Shown here one piece after another: positions 36,147 through 46,172 of a stretch of 64,000 nt of DNA (position 1 is the stretch's first letter; the number at the start of each line of letters is the position of its first letter). Location of the stretch: the NCBI GenBank assembly GCA_022449345.1, contig JAKURL010000006.1, forward strand, positions 29,451-93,450, read 5' to 3'. The position numbers were made by a program, and so were the translations under genes. Source of the stretch: Candidatus Thalassarchaeum sp. Its GTDB lineage: Archaea; Thermoplasmatota; Poseidoniia; Poseidoniales; Thalassarchaeaceae. The notes beneath the pieces were generated by a model, which saw only the letters and a program-made list of their open reading frames with translations, ran no database searches and had not been told where the DNA came from.

Positions 36147-37649
36147 TTAGCAGGCCCGCCAATTTCCGTTATGCTTCTTAATTTCCCCTGATTTCTCAAG
36201 CGCGATTAAGTGAGAAAGGGTTTGGTCGTTGGCTAGATTTGGATGCGCATCAGGAGTGTCTGCGTAGGCTTCACTGGTGATTGCATCTAGGCCGCCTTTG
36301 CCCGATTTGACCGCTTTTAGAACTCTGGAGTGTCGTGCTTTTCGATGATTGAGATAATTATTCAGTAATCTCGTAGGATTCGCAACCATCGGACCGTGTC
36401 CAGGGAATAGTAGGCGGGGATTAAGATCTCGAAGCCGTTCCAATCCAGATAGATATTCATTCATGTCGCCATCTGCGGATGGCACTAGAATCGTTCCAAA
36501 CACCACTGCATTGTCTCCGCTGACTATTCCAGCCCGACCTACTAAGCAGATGTGGCCGGGGCAGTGTCCAGGAGTTTCCAAAACAGTCCATTTTTCTTCA
36601 CCTAGGTCGATTTCATCTCCTTCGAAAAGAATTCTGTCAGTGTCACACTGAGGGATCACTGACAATGTCTCTCGACTTGCGAAAATTGGTGCTTGGTAGA
36701 TTTTTGAGATGGCCGACAAGTCACCGATATGATCAGGATGTTTGTGAGTAAACACTGTAGCGATAATCTCGCTTCCTGAGGCCTGAACTTCCGCAACTTT
36801 GGCCTTAAGAATCTCCAGAGCCTCAGTAGACTTAGCAGCGGGATCGACAATAATTCGTGGTCCACCAGCGTAGCCGATGACGTAGCAATCTGTGTGGGTT
36901 GCTGGTGGGATGGTAATAGTCGGAATTGCAACCAATTCAACACCTGGAGCGAATTCGATGATATGGTAACCGGAAGGTGGCTCAGCGGCTAGGTCTTGCA
37001 TCCCACGTTCTACTATGTCACGAACTAGGGTGACTTGCGGAGGTGGCATTTTAACCTCGTGAGAAAGCCATGCAGCGAGAAGGTCATCAGGTTTCCACCA
37101 TTGGAATTCATCGAATTCAGAGAGTCCATCTGGTAGGGTCGGCTCTACTGCAGATTCTCCCAAAGAAATGTGATAGAATCTGTTGGCAAAGCGGACGGGT
37201 GCAATCGGCGGAGTGGTCCGTTCGGTGATTAGAATAGCCTCAAAGCCATCGATTTGTAGATCGCCGGCTTCGACATATTTTGCCCACTCATTTTTTCCGC
37301 TGTTTACTTGTTTTCTAACATCTTTAGCCACGCTAAGGAATCCACCTAAACCATCTGGTGCAATGCCTATTTCCTCCACCATTTCTCTCAACAGGGCAAT
37401 CAAAGATGTGCGGTCTTCTCTGGCCGAAAACCAAGTTGGATTAGTTTCTGCGGTGAATCTGTCCACTCTACTAACTCCGCCGCCTGGAAAAGCCCAGAAA
37501 TCTGGAAAGTTCGGTACTTCTGAGACTCTATGGCAAAGAAGAATCTGTAATTCATCGCCATCGAATCGGCTGATTACTGCAGCCGCAGATTGACGTGGTT
37601 TTACGACTTCTGCGGAGGACAACTCGACCCCCTCTGGCAACTCAGCCAT
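36147..37649 (-). CDS. Fusion protein with an N-terminal Nudix hydrolase and a C-terminal MBL-fold metallohydrolase.
   Basis: Nudix box ...REMVEEIGI... downstream of GGGVSRVD. MBL motif HKHPDHIGD plus downstream His/Asp ligands. Confidence 0.65.
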   Translation of the reverse strand: MAELPEGVELSSAEVVKPRQSAAAVISRFDGDELQILLCHRVSEVPNFPDFWAFPGGGVSRVDRFTAETNPTWFSAREDRTSLIALLREMVEEIGIAPDGLGGFLSVAKDVRKQVNSGKNEWAKYVEAGDLQIDGFEAILITERTTPPIAPVRFANRFYHISLGESAVEPTLPDGLSEFDEFQWWKPDDLLAAWLSHEVKMPPPQVTLVRDIVERGMQDLAAEPPSGYHIIEFAPGVELVAIPTITIPPATHTDCYVIGYAGGPRIIVDPAAKSTEALEILKAKVAEVQASGSEIIATVFTHKHPDHIGDLSAISKIYQAPIFASRETLSVIPQCDTDRILFEGDEIDLGEEKWTVLETPGHCPGHICLVGRAGIVSGDNAVVFGTILVPSADGDMNEYLSGLERLRDLNPRLLFPGHGPMVANPTRLLNNYLNHRKARHSRVLKAVKSGKGGLDAITSEAYADTPDAHPNLANDQTLSHLIALEKSGEIKKHNGNWRAC

Positions 37650-37686
37650 GACTCAACGAGGGGGTCGACCGCTTCAATCCAGCCCC

Positions 37687-37709
37687 GAGCCCTGCCTCTC
37701 GGCAGGCTC
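37687..37709 (+). promoter_or_regulatory. Imperfect inverted repeat (GAGCCCTGCC-TCTC-GGCAGGCTC), 27 nt upstream of the aldo-keto reductase ATG, in a divergent promoter region.
   Basis: Read directly from the sequence: a 9-bp stem with one bulge. Confidence 0.25.
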
Positions 37710-37735
37710 AAGTTTAGCATCTGTTAGGAGATGCC

Positions 37736-38599
37736 ATGAGCACTGCCGGGTTTGACAGCATTACCATTGGGCACACCAACACGGCCACTGGTCAGAGAGA
37801 GCACGAGGTTGAGATGCCAAGGTTCGGCCTCGGTGTTTGGCAAATGTCCGAAGGAGGGGAATGCCGCAACGCTGTGCAGCATGCAATTAGTAGCGGTTAC
37901 CGTCTAATCGATACGGCGCGTTCCTATGCAAATGAAACTGAGACTGGGGCGGCGATTCGAGATAGTGGCGTTGCGAGAGAGGAGATATTCGTCGTTACAA
38001 AACTACGCCAACCTCATGCAACAAGTTACGAAGCAGCCCTAGAGCATTGTCGAAGTAGCCTCGATATGCTCGGTTTGGATTGCATAGATCTGTATCTTGT
38101 ACACGCTCCACCAGAAGATATCGATGCTAGAGCAGGCGTTTGGAAAGGTATGGAAGAATGTCTTGCTCGAGGTTGGGCTAGGTCGATTGGAGTTAGCAAT
38201 TATGGGGCTCATCATCTAGATGATATGCGAGCATATGCCAAGATTTTACCAGCGGTAAATCAGGTTGAACTTCACCCTTGGAATCAGCGCCCTGCACTTC
38301 GAGCAGCAATCGAAGCAATTGGAGCTAAGGTGATGGCTTACTCACCATTGGCAAGAGGCCACAAAGTAGGATGTAGCAATCTCGTAAAGATTGCAGAATC
38401 AGTTGGTTGCACCCCAGCACAGGCAGCAATAAAGTGGGTTTACGACACCGGTGCAATTACAATCCCCAAGTCAAGTAATCCAGGTAGAATCGATGAGAAT
38501 ATTGCAAGTTTGAAGGTCGATCTCGGCGGTACGAAATCCATTTTCAATTCGATGGAAGAAGCCTATGTTTCTGGCTGGAATCCTACTGCTGAGCCTTGA
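37736..38599 (+). CDS. Aldo/keto reductase (2,5-diketo-D-gluconate reductase-like).
   Basis: GLGVWQ, LIDTARSYANE, IFVVTKL and LYLVHAP, the AKR signature set. Confidence 0.9.
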   Translation: MSTAGFDSITIGHTNTATGQREHEVEMPRFGLGVWQMSEGGECRNAVQHAISSGYRLIDTARSYANETETGAAIRDSGVAREEIFVVTKLRQPHATSYEAALEHCRSSLDMLGLDCIDLYLVHAPPEDIDARAGVWKGMEECLARGWARSIGVSNYGAHHLDDMRAYAKILPAVNQVELHPWNQRPALRAAIEAIGAKVMAYSPLARGHKVGCSNLVKIAESVGCTPAQAAIKWVYDTGAITIPKSSNPGRIDENIASLKVDLGGTKSIFNSMEEAYVSGWNPTAEP

Positions 38600-38608
38600 G
38601 GGATTTCC

Positions 38609-38788
38609 ATGAGGGACCCCGAGACTATCGAAGAAGAATTGGCTCTTTTCGCAGAAGCGATTGAATCGGGAATCAACCCTTTTCCTGAGCCAATAAAGGA
38701 GACTCCATGGGCGAAGTATGCAATCGGTTGGTTCATGATAATCCTGATGATATCTTTCGCATCTAGGATTCTAAATCGTGCCCTGTAA
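38609..38788 (+). CDS. Possible small membrane protein (59 aa); below the ORF-track size cut-off.
   Basis: ATG..TAA ORF with host-like codon usage and a C-terminal TM helix (WAKYAIGWFMIILMISFASRIL). Confidence 0.25.
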   Translation: MRDPETIEEELALFAEAIESGINPFPEPIKETPWAKYAIGWFMIILMISFASRILNRAL

Positions 38789-38834
38789 TTCGAGTATAAT
38801 TCATAGGGAAAATAGGATTAAATGTATAGTAAGA

Positions 38835-38842
38835 TTTAAATA
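38835..38842 (+). promoter_or_regulatory. Canonical archaeal TATA box TTTAAATA, about 28 nt upstream of the ATG at 38866.
   Basis: Exact match to the consensus at leaderless-type spacing. Confidence 0.4.
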
Positions 38843-38865
38843 TTAGAACAGAAATATTTAGTGTT

Positions 38866-39087
38866 ATGAAATATACAATAGTTATTGCAGAAAATATGAA
38901 CAAACCGGAAAAATATGCTGTATTTAATCACCATACTTGGGACAGACCTTGCTTAATTGAGCAGGTACAAATTCGAATCAAAGATGGTTGGAAACCTATT
39001 GGTGGTGTCTCATTCGGAAAACATGAAGAATTTGAGAAAGAAGTTTGGGCACAAGCTATGATTAAAGAAGATAGTGAGGAAGAATAA
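38866..39087 (+). CDS. DUF1737-like small protein (73 aa) with AT-rich codon usage.
   Basis: MKYTIV... and IKDGWKPIGGVSF resemble the MKY...GWxPxGGVS pattern of DUF1737. The codon usage is strongly AT-biased, unlike the neighbouring genes. Confidence 0.4.
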   Translation: MKYTIVIAENMNKPEKYAVFNHHTWDRPCLIEQVQIRIKDGWKPIGGVSFGKHEEFEKEVWAQAMIKEDSEEE

Positions 39088-39122
39088 TTGCAATATCAGC
39101 ACTCTTCATGAGACTATGAGTT

Positions 39123-39198
39123 TGGTAGTCCCTCCCGGATTTGAACCAGGGTCATGGCATCCAGAGTGCCATATGATGGACCGCTACACTAAGGGACT
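39123..39198 (-). tRNA. tRNA-Gln (anticodon CTG) with encoded CCA.
   Basis: Cloverleaf folded by hand on the reverse complement. Acceptor AGUCCCU/AGGGACU. Anticodon stem UGGCA/UGCCA with loop CUCUGGA. T-arm CCUGG-UUCAAAU-CCGGG. 3' end ACCA. Confidence 0.8.
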
Positions 39199-39263
39199 AG
39201 CGATTTGCCGAGTCGTGTCGCATATTTCAACAAAACCACTGGATAGATAATCGAGTCCAAAGC

Positions 39264-40301
39264 TCATGTTCTAAAGGATTGGTTGAGTTCATCTAGGGCA
39301 ACCTTACTCGGCCTGAGTTGCTCCTCAGGTAGGTCAACCAGTGGAGTCTCAGTCAATCCTAATGCCTCGTCTGCAGTCTTCATCTTCGAGTCGTAGTAGA
39401 GAAGCCCAGTCACGTGCTTGTCATTCTGCTCAGCGTCATGTACTGCAGCCAATGCGGCAACAGCATCGCTTGGGTCATGATCTCCGCCAAGCGTTTCCAA
39501 CCGGAGTGTTGAACCATCGAATAGTTCGATGTCGTCGAATTCTCCTTCTGGAATTTCAACCTCTTCAATCGGTGTAAAGTGGGGGATGTAATCTACAGCG
39601 TGCAATTCCTCTTCATTTGTCTTAACATAATTGTAAGAACGGTAGGATTCGTCATTATTTGCGAAAGTTACGCAAGGTGAAATGACATCGATTACCGCCA
39701 TACCTCTATGTGATAAAGCGGCTCGCAGTAGTGCGGTTAGCTGCTTCTTCGAGCCGGAGAAAGACCTAGCTACAAAACCACATCCGAGATTGATAGCCAT
39801 CTTGCAGAGATCGATTGGTGGATTCTCATTAACCTCTCCCTTCTTTTTCTTCGAACCTCTCTCAACGGTTGCCGAATACTGTCCTTTAGTCAATCCGTAA
39901 ACACCATTGTTTTCGATGATGTAAACCATATTCAGATTACGTCGGATGGCGTGGACGAATTGGCCGATTCCAATCGAAGCGGTGTCTCCATCACCGGATA
40001 CACCAAGAAAGGCCAGGTCCTTGTTGACCATGTTTGCTCCCGTGGTAACCGAGGGCATCCTTCCGTGTACAGTGTTGAATCCATGCGACTTGCCTAGGAA
40101 GTAGGCCGGAGTCTTGGAAGAACATCCAATACCTGACATCTTGGCAATTGTTTCGGGTGCAATTCCGTTTTCCCAAGCAGCCTGAATGATAACGTTGGAA
40201 ATTTGGTCGTGCCCACATCCTGGGCAAAGAGAGGATGGTCCTCCAGTGTAGTCCGCCTTTGGTAGATCGATTACATTGAGTTGAATCTGTCTCATGCTCA
40301 T
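39264..40301 (-). CDS. korB: 2-oxoacid:ferredoxin oxidoreductase, beta subunit (TPP-binding).
   Basis: CPGCGH motif and GIGCSS...GDGD TPP-binding signature. It starts with a 4-nt ATGA overlap on the alpha-subunit gene. Confidence 0.9.
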   Translation of the reverse strand: MSMRQIQLNVIDLPKADYTGGPSSLCPGCGHDQISNVIIQAAWENGIAPETIAKMSGIGCSSKTPAYFLGKSHGFNTVHGRMPSVTTGANMVNKDLAFLGVSGDGDTASIGIGQFVHAIRRNLNMVYIIENNGVYGLTKGQYSATVERGSKKKKGEVNENPPIDLCKMAINLGCGFVARSFSGSKKQLTALLRAALSHRGMAVIDVISPCVTFANNDESYRSYNYVKTNEEELHAVDYIPHFTPIEEVEIPEGEFDDIELFDGSTLRLETLGGDHDPSDAVAALAAVHDAEQNDKHVTGLLYYDSKMKTADEALGLTETPLVDLPEEQLRPSKVALDELNQSFRT

Positions 40302-42106
40302 GCAATCACCTCTGTTGTATCGCTAGTCAAGGTCTTCAATATCATCTCAGCGTACACGCGTGCGCGCGGAGGTATTCCATCACTGAAGGCGACAGAATGC
40401 AATTTGCTAAGGTGCTCAACTGGTAACTCCTTGCGGAGGATTCCGTAAAGTTGACCATCTCTGTTAATTTCCAATACGATTACCTTGTCGTACTCTGCTA
40501 CGAAGCGTTCTACTTCCGAATGATATGGAAGTGCTCTAACTCTACATGTACTAACCTTCAGTCCGGTGGTAGATTCAAGAATATCATCAATCTCAGTAAT
40601 CGTATTCTCAACTGATCCGTAGTAGATTATTCCAACCTGCTTATCGTTTTCTTCACGGAGTATCGGAGCTGGAAGTAGGTCGCGAGCACCCTCTATCTTT
40701 CGCTTCAAGCGAGCCACGGTTGCAGCGTATATCCCAGGGTCTTCGGAGTATATTCCATCTTCATCGTGTCCTGTTCCTCTGTATAGAATCGGTTCTAATC
40801 CACTACCGGGTAAAGTTCGGTATGGGATTCCATCTCCATCGACATCTCGGTAGCGTCCGAAATTTTCAATGGCATCGAGTTGTTCTTGAGTTCGGATGAC
40901 CTTTCCTCTGTCCAATTTCTGGTCAGGATATTCGAATCCGGCAGTGGCCCATCGATTCATACCCAAATCTAGGTCAGAGAATCCGAAGACAAGGGTTTGG
41001 AATTGTTCAGCCACATCGAAAGCACGCCAGCCAAATTCGAAGCACTCATCGACAGTTCCTGGAATCAGAACGATGTGCTGGGTATCGCCATGGCTGGCTT
41101 CATAGAGAAGATTCAGGTCTCCTTGCTGAGTTCTAGTTGGTAGACCGGTTGAAGGGCCTACACGGTTGATGTCCCAAATTACTCCTGGTACTTCCGCGAA
41201 GTAAGCCAAACCAATGAATTCGGACATCAGTGAGATTCCGGGCCCGCTGGTGCAGGTCATTCCTCGTCCACCAGCCCATCCGGCTCCAACAACCATTCCA
41301 GCCGCTGCAAGTTCATCTTCGGCTTGGATGACCGCGCATGTAGCACCTCCGTCGTCAGCTTGACGAAGTTTTGGGAGCCAAGCGATGAGGGCTTCTGCTA
41401 GGGAAGAAGAAGGAGTAATTGGATACCAAGATAGCATATTTATACCGCCGAAAATACACCCTAGAGCCGCGGCTTCGTTCCCTTCGATTAGGAATGTGTT
41501 TGGATCTTTATCTCGTGCCTCGATGGCGTAGCCGATATCGCAATCCCAATTTTCTCTAGCATATTCGCGACCCTCAGAAATTGCCTGAAGGTTCAACTCG
41601 ATTGCTTTGTCCTTGCCCTTGAATTGTTGAGCGACCGCGGAGTTAATCGCGTTTTGGTCGATTCCAAGAGTTTCAGCTAGTGCTCCGACGTAATACATGT
41701 TAGCAATCATTCTCGCAAGCCTAGGATTAATCGAACGAGCCATCTTGGTCATCGGCATTCCAAGGACAACACAATCGTCTCGCTCAACTGGTAGTTTGAC
41801 ATCCATGTTGTGAATGATAATTGTACCAGCCTCAGCCTTCTCGACATCTGCTAGCCAAGTGTCCTTGTTCATTACAACTTGAACGTGGGTGGTATCGCCA
41901 GGGGCTTGATAACCTTCATCGCTGGCTCTGATGATAAACCATGTCGGCAAGCCAGAGATGTTGCTAGGGAATAGATTCTTTCCACTTACTGGAACCCCCA
42001 TCTCGAACATTGAGTGGAGAAGAATCAGGTTCGCAGACTGCGACCCTGTTCCATTTGCTGTGGCGATATTGATTGTGAAATCGTTGACGGTTTTTGCCAT
42101 CCTCAT
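40298..42106 (-). CDS. korA: 2-oxoacid:ferredoxin oxidoreductase, alpha subunit (fused gamma and alpha domains, two-subunit OFOR type).
   Basis: INIATANGTGSQSANLI N-terminus and the 2-oxoacid oxidoreductase domain order. The longest ORF extends to 42220 but the start is probably the MRMAKTVNDF Met. Confidence 0.85.
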   Translation of the reverse strand: MRMAKTVNDFTINIATANGTGSQSANLILLHSMFEMGVPVSGKNLFPSNISGLPTWFIIRASDEGYQAPGDTTHVQVVMNKDTWLADVEKAEAGTIIIHNMDVKLPVERDDCVVLGMPMTKMARSINPRLARMIANMYYVGALAETLGIDQNAINSAVAQQFKGKDKAIELNLQAISEGREYARENWDCDIGYAIEARDKDPNTFLIEGNEAAALGCIFGGINMLSWYPITPSSSLAEALIAWLPKLRQADDGGATCAVIQAEDELAAAGMVVGAGWAGGRGMTCTSGPGISLMSEFIGLAYFAEVPGVIWDINRVGPSTGLPTRTQQGDLNLLYEASHGDTQHIVLIPGTVDECFEFGWRAFDVAEQFQTLVFGFSDLDLGMNRWATAGFEYPDQKLDRGKVIRTQEQLDAIENFGRYRDVDGDGIPYRTLPGSGLEPILYRGTGHDEDGIYSEDPGIYAATVARLKRKIEGARDLLPAPILREENDKQVGIIYYGSVENTITEIDDILESTTGLKVSTCRVRALPYHSEVERFVAEYDKVIVLEINRDGQLYGILRKELPVEHLSKLHSVAFSDGIPPRARVYAEMILKTLTSDTTEVIA

Positions 42107-42280
42107 CGGGGTCTCCGGGGGGGTCTGGGTGCACCTGCGGTATGCTTGCGCAGCGTGCCCCGTGTTAAGTTCGGTATTAGCCGTTCCCGTTCCGTAATTC
42201 CTTAGCAAGATAGGGAACAAGCGGTCATAATCACTCCCAACCCGTTTGAATTTCCATCCGTTGCGGTTTTCAAGGGGTGT

Positions 42281-43366
42281 GTGGTCGGCCGCCCCATGCC
42301 CCCTATGCCGAGTGCCCTGAAGGCAGTCCTATCTCGGGCTCAATCGATGATTGATTCAGGTGACATAGATGATGCTTTAGAACTCCTTAGAACTGAGGCA
42401 TGGGACGGTGCCGAGAGTAATTCGCACAAGGTGCAAGTGATTTCCTTAGCGGCCGAGGCAAAGATTGCCAAAGGCGACATCGATATGGCAAATCGCAGGG
42501 TACATTGGCAGGATGCCTACAATAGTTACCAGCGCGCCTCGAAATTGGAACCATCGAACAAAGATGTTCGCCGTGCTCAGAATAAGTTGGCATCAATGAT
42601 GGATGAGCAAGCAATTTCGCTCGGTAAAGGCTGGCAAATGTTCGATGATGGCAACCCTACGCCAGTAGGACTTGCTGCCGCATTTGTTGCAATCGTGGTC
42701 TTCTTGGTGGCCTTCAAATTTGTAGGCGAGGGATTAGAGCAGCAAGCAGAAAATACCGAAGTTACCCTATTAGTATCATACATTCACCCTGATGATCCTA
42801 ACACCCGCGTTGAGGGAGAAATTGTCATCGAATTATACGCCTCAGAAGCACCCAAGCACGTAGAGAATTTCCTCTATTTGGTCGACAATGGAATGTATGA
42901 CCTCACCACCTTCCATCGAATTATTGGTGGATTCATGATTCAAGGCGGAGATATTGAGGCTCTAAACGGCGCCGGCGGCTATGCTGGCAAATGGTATGGA
43001 TACTGTAACGGACAAACAAAGGCCCCAAACGGCACTGCTTATACTCAGGAAACTTGCAATTTACAAGATTGGTCGCTTCCAGGGGAGCATGAGCAATCTT
43101 CCCTAAAGCACGAGCCCGGTGCTCTTGCAGCTGCTCACGCAGGATTGAACACTGATGGAAGCCAATTCTACATTGTACCTAGTGATTCTAATCCAACTTG
43201 GTTGGACTACGAACCGGGTAAGGATTGCAGTTCTAGTTCATGTCACACTGTATACGGAATGGTGATTTCAGGCATGGATCATGTAGATGCGATAAGCGAG
43301 GTCGAAACAGGTAATAACGACAAACCGGTCGATGATGTCCGTCTAATACAGGCTTACAGAAGTTGA
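42281..43366 (+). CDS. Membrane-anchored cyclophilin-type peptidyl-prolyl cis-trans isomerase.
   Basis: N-terminal helical (TPR-like) region, one TM helix, then a cyclophilin core (FHRIIGGFMIQGGD; NTDGSQFYIV). Confidence 0.8.
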   Translation: MVGRPMPPMPSALKAVLSRAQSMIDSGDIDDALELLRTEAWDGAESNSHKVQVISLAAEAKIAKGDIDMANRRVHWQDAYNSYQRASKLEPSNKDVRRAQNKLASMMDEQAISLGKGWQMFDDGNPTPVGLAAAFVAIVVFLVAFKFVGEGLEQQAENTEVTLLVSYIHPDDPNTRVEGEIVIELYASEAPKHVENFLYLVDNGMYDLTTFHRIIGGFMIQGGDIEALNGAGGYAGKWYGYCNGQTKAPNGTAYTQETCNLQDWSLPGEHEQSSLKHEPGALAAAHAGLNTDGSQFYIVPSDSNPTWLDYEPGKDCSSSSCHTVYGMVISGMDHVDAISEVETGNNDKPVDDVRLIQAYRS

Positions 43367-43456
43367 ACCTTGAGCAGCCACCAGCCACTTGCTAGACTGT
43401 AATCATAGTCACATTCATGGAGGGTTCACTAGCCCAATAAATCGAGGGGCATTGAA

Positions 43457-46141
43457 ATGGGCGACGGAGACGGCTTTGATTCAATTCGTTCATTCATCAA
43501 ATCTGACGGCTCCGAGGCCGACTATCACGCGCTTTCCCATCTGCAAGAATTGGGTCTTTGCGACCTCAATTCTCTACCTTTCACCATTCGATTATTGTTG
43601 GAAGCAGCACTCCGAAAGTGCGATGGATTTCTTGTCACTCGCAAAGATGTCGAGCGCATCGCATCTTGGACTCCAACAATGACCCCAGAAGAGATACCAT
43701 TTTCACCAAGTCGAGTAATTTTACAGGATTTCACAGGAGTTCCTGCGGTTGTTGATATCGCAGCCCTAAGAGATGCGATGGTTGAGTTAGGCGGAGACCC
43801 TAATCGAGTTAATCCACAGGTTCCAGTCGATTTGGTAATCGACCACTCGGTTCAGGTTGATGTTTCGGGCCTCTTCCCCGATGCTAGAGAGCGTAATTTG
43901 GAGATTGAATACCAACGTAATATGGAACGATATCAATTCCTCAAGTGGGGTCAGCAAAGTTTGGATAATTTCCGAGCAGTCCCGCCTGGTCGAGGAATTG
44001 TCCATCAAGTAAATCTTGAATGGATTGCCAGTGTTGCAAGGGAAGATGAGGGCGTATGGTTACCGGACACCCTTGTCGGTACAGATAGCCACACTACGAT
44101 GATCAATGGCCTAGGCGTTTTAGGTTGGGGCGTCGGAGGAATTGAGGCAGAGGCAGTAATGCTTGGTCAGCCGATTTACATGCTACTGCCAGAGGTTTGT
44201 GGCTTCGAGTTGACGGGCTCTTTGAGACCCGGAGTAACCGCCACAGACATGACACTAAGAATCGTTCAGATGTTGAGGGAGCATGGTGTAGTTGGAAAGT
44301 TCGTCGAGTTCCATGGTTCAGGGCTTGCTAATCTAAGTCTTCCAGACAGAGCGACAATCGCCAATATGGCTCCTGAATATGGCGCTACATGTGGCTTCTT
44401 CCCAGTCGATGAAACTACTTTGGATTACATGCGACTCTCAGGTAGAGAAGAGCCCCATATAGAGGATGTCAAACGCTATCTATCGGCCCAAGGAATGTTC
44501 CACACTTCGCAAACCCCCACACCTGCTTTCACAAGTTCACTCTCCCTCGATCTTTCGACAGTCGAACCCGCCCTCGCCGGACCAAAGCGCCCTCAGGACA
44601 GGGTCGATTTGTCTGCGATGAAGGAGCATTGGATAACTAGCCTCAATGCTCCCGTTGGCCATAGCGGTCACGGCATTGATGCAAGTAGAAACGATGCCTC
44701 AGCAGAAGTTGGTTCGAGAGGCATCGACCTAAAGCACGGCGATATCGTCATCGCCGCAATTACCAGTTGTACAAACACTAGCAATCCTAGTGTTATGATT
44801 GCAGCCGGCCTACTTGCTCGCAAAGCCAGACAGGCCGGCCTGTCAATCGCGCCTAGCGTCAAACCAAGTTTAGCCCCCGGTTCTAGGGTTGTTACCGAGT
44901 ATTTTGACGCCGCAGGACTTACCGTGGACCTCGATGCTTTGGGATTCAGCGTTGTGGGATACGGATGCACAACATGTATCGGCAACTCCGGTCCTCTTGA
45001 TGCTGACATAGATGCTGCAATCGATGAGGCTGACCTGATTGTTGGAAGTGTGCTATCTGGAAATCGAAATTTCGAAGGCCGTATTCACCAGAAGGTCAAG
45101 GCGAACTATCTAGCAAGCCCTCCTTTGGTAGTTGCTTATGCGATTGCGGGAACTCTTGGAATTAATTTTGAGACCGATCCAATAGGTCATGGCCAAGACG
45201 GCCCTGTCATGTTGGCCGACATCTGGCCAAGTGATGAAGAGATAAAGCAAACTATCGCGTCTTCAATCGATCCAGAAATGTTCAGAAAGCGCTACGCAGA
45301 TGTCCTGCAAGAGCCGCGATGGGATGCGATTAGCACTTCACAATCCGCACAGTATCCTTGGGCGGATGATTCAACCTATGTTCGACTACCTTCTTTCTTT
45401 GAAGGAATCCAGCCTCAACCGACTCCAATCGAACCGATTCACGGGGCAAAGGTTCTGCTGAAACTTGGGGATTCTGTCACTACAGATCACATCAGTCCGG
45501 CTGGGGCATTCCCCCATCACGGCCCAGCCGGTCAATACCTAATCTCAAAAGGGGTTGAACCTCGTGATTTCAACTCCTTTGGTAGCCGCCGAGGCAATCA
45601 TGAAGTTATGATGCGCGGTACCTTTGCCAATGTTCGAATCCGTAACCAAATTGCCTCCGGAACAGAAGGAGGTTTCACCACTCATTTCCCGACCAACGAA
45701 GTAGTCTCAGTATTCGATGCCAGTATGAGATACCAAGCCGAAGGGACTCCTCTAGTGGTTTTAGCCGGGACTGAGTACGGTACGGGCAGTAGCAGAGATT
45801 GGGCCGCCAAGGGCACACTGCTTCTGGGAATCAAGGCGGTGATTGCAACTTCATTCGAGCGTATCCATCGATCAAATCTCGTCGGAATGGGTGTATTGGC
45901 GCTGACATTCCCTGAAGGTGAAGATGCAGATTCATTGGGATTGGACGGGACTGAAACTTTCGATATTCCAGCCAGTGCCGATTTGGTGCCACTTTCCTCA
46001 ATAACGGTCACCGCAACAAAGGAAAGTGGCGAGGTAATTCAGTTCGATGCAGTCGTCAGATTGGACACTCCAGTTGAGGTAGATTACTACCGAAATGGAG
46101 GCATCCTTCAGACCGTATTGCGTAATCTGGCAAAGGCTTGA
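43457..46141 (+). CDS. acnA: Aconitate hydratase (AcnA/IRP type).
   Basis: 894 aa, with Fe-S cluster Cys motifs ([19 protein letters not shown]) and the SGNRNFEGR motif. Confidence 0.95.
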   Translation: MGDGDGFDSIRSFIKSDGSEADYHALSHLQELGLCDLNSLPFTIRLLLEAALRKCDGFLVTRKDVERIASWTPTMTPEEIPFSPSRVILQDFTGVPAVVDIAALRDAMVELGGDPNRVNPQVPVDLVIDHSVQVDVSGLFPDARERNLEIEYQRNMERYQFLKWGQQSLDNFRAVPPGRGIVHQVNLEWIASVAREDEGVWLPDTLVGTDSHTTMINGLGVLGWGVGGIEAEAVMLGQPIYMLLPEVCGFELTGSLRPGVTATDMTLRIVQMLREHGVVGKFVEFHGSGLANLSLPDRATIANMAPEYGATCGFFPVDETTLDYMRLSGREEPHIEDVKRYLSAQGMFHTSQTPTPAFTSSLSLDLSTVEPALAGPKRPQDRVDLSAMKEHWITSLNAPVGHSGHGIDASRNDASAEVGSRGIDLKHGDIVIAAITSCTNTSNPSVMIAAGLLARKARQAGLSIAPSVKPSLAPGSRVVTEYFDAAGLTVDLDALGFSVVGYGCTTCIGNSGPLDADIDAAIDEADLIVGSVLSGNRNFEGRIHQKVKANYLASPPLVVAYAIAGTLGINFETDPIGHGQDGPVMLADIWPSDEEIKQTIASSIDPEMFRKRYADVLQEPRWDAISTSQSAQYPWADDSTYVRLPSFFEGIQPQPTPIEPIHGAKVLLKLGDSVTTDHISPAGAFPHHGPAGQYLISKGVEPRDFNSFGSRRGNHEVMMRGTFANVRIRNQIASGTEGGFTTHFPTNEVVSVFDASMRYQAEGTPLVVLAGTEYGTGSSRDWAAKGTLLLGIKAVIATSFERIHRSNLVGMGVLALTFPEGEDADSLGLDGTETFDIPASADLVPLSSITVTATKESGEVIQFDAVVRLDTPVEVDYYRNGGILQTVLRNLAKA

Positions 46142-46172
46142 ATTGAAATCTAACTACCCAACCGGTGATTAC

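Larger units (their letters stand above)
38789..39122. other. AT-rich islet (GC about 30%, against about 50% for the window) lying against the 3' end of tRNA-Gln.
   Basis: Composition read directly. It contains the TTTAAATA box and the DUF1737-like gene. Confidence 0.7.

Noticed and set aside
38789-39198. A complete integrated mobile element at tRNA-Gln.
   Set aside because: The AT-rich islet is only about 330 nt. No integrase, transposase or direct repeat of the tRNA 3' end was found. At most it is a remnant (see the findings).
40298-40301. The ATGA overlap between korA and korB.
   Set aside because: This is ordinary translational coupling, common for the OFOR subunit genes, and is not notable.
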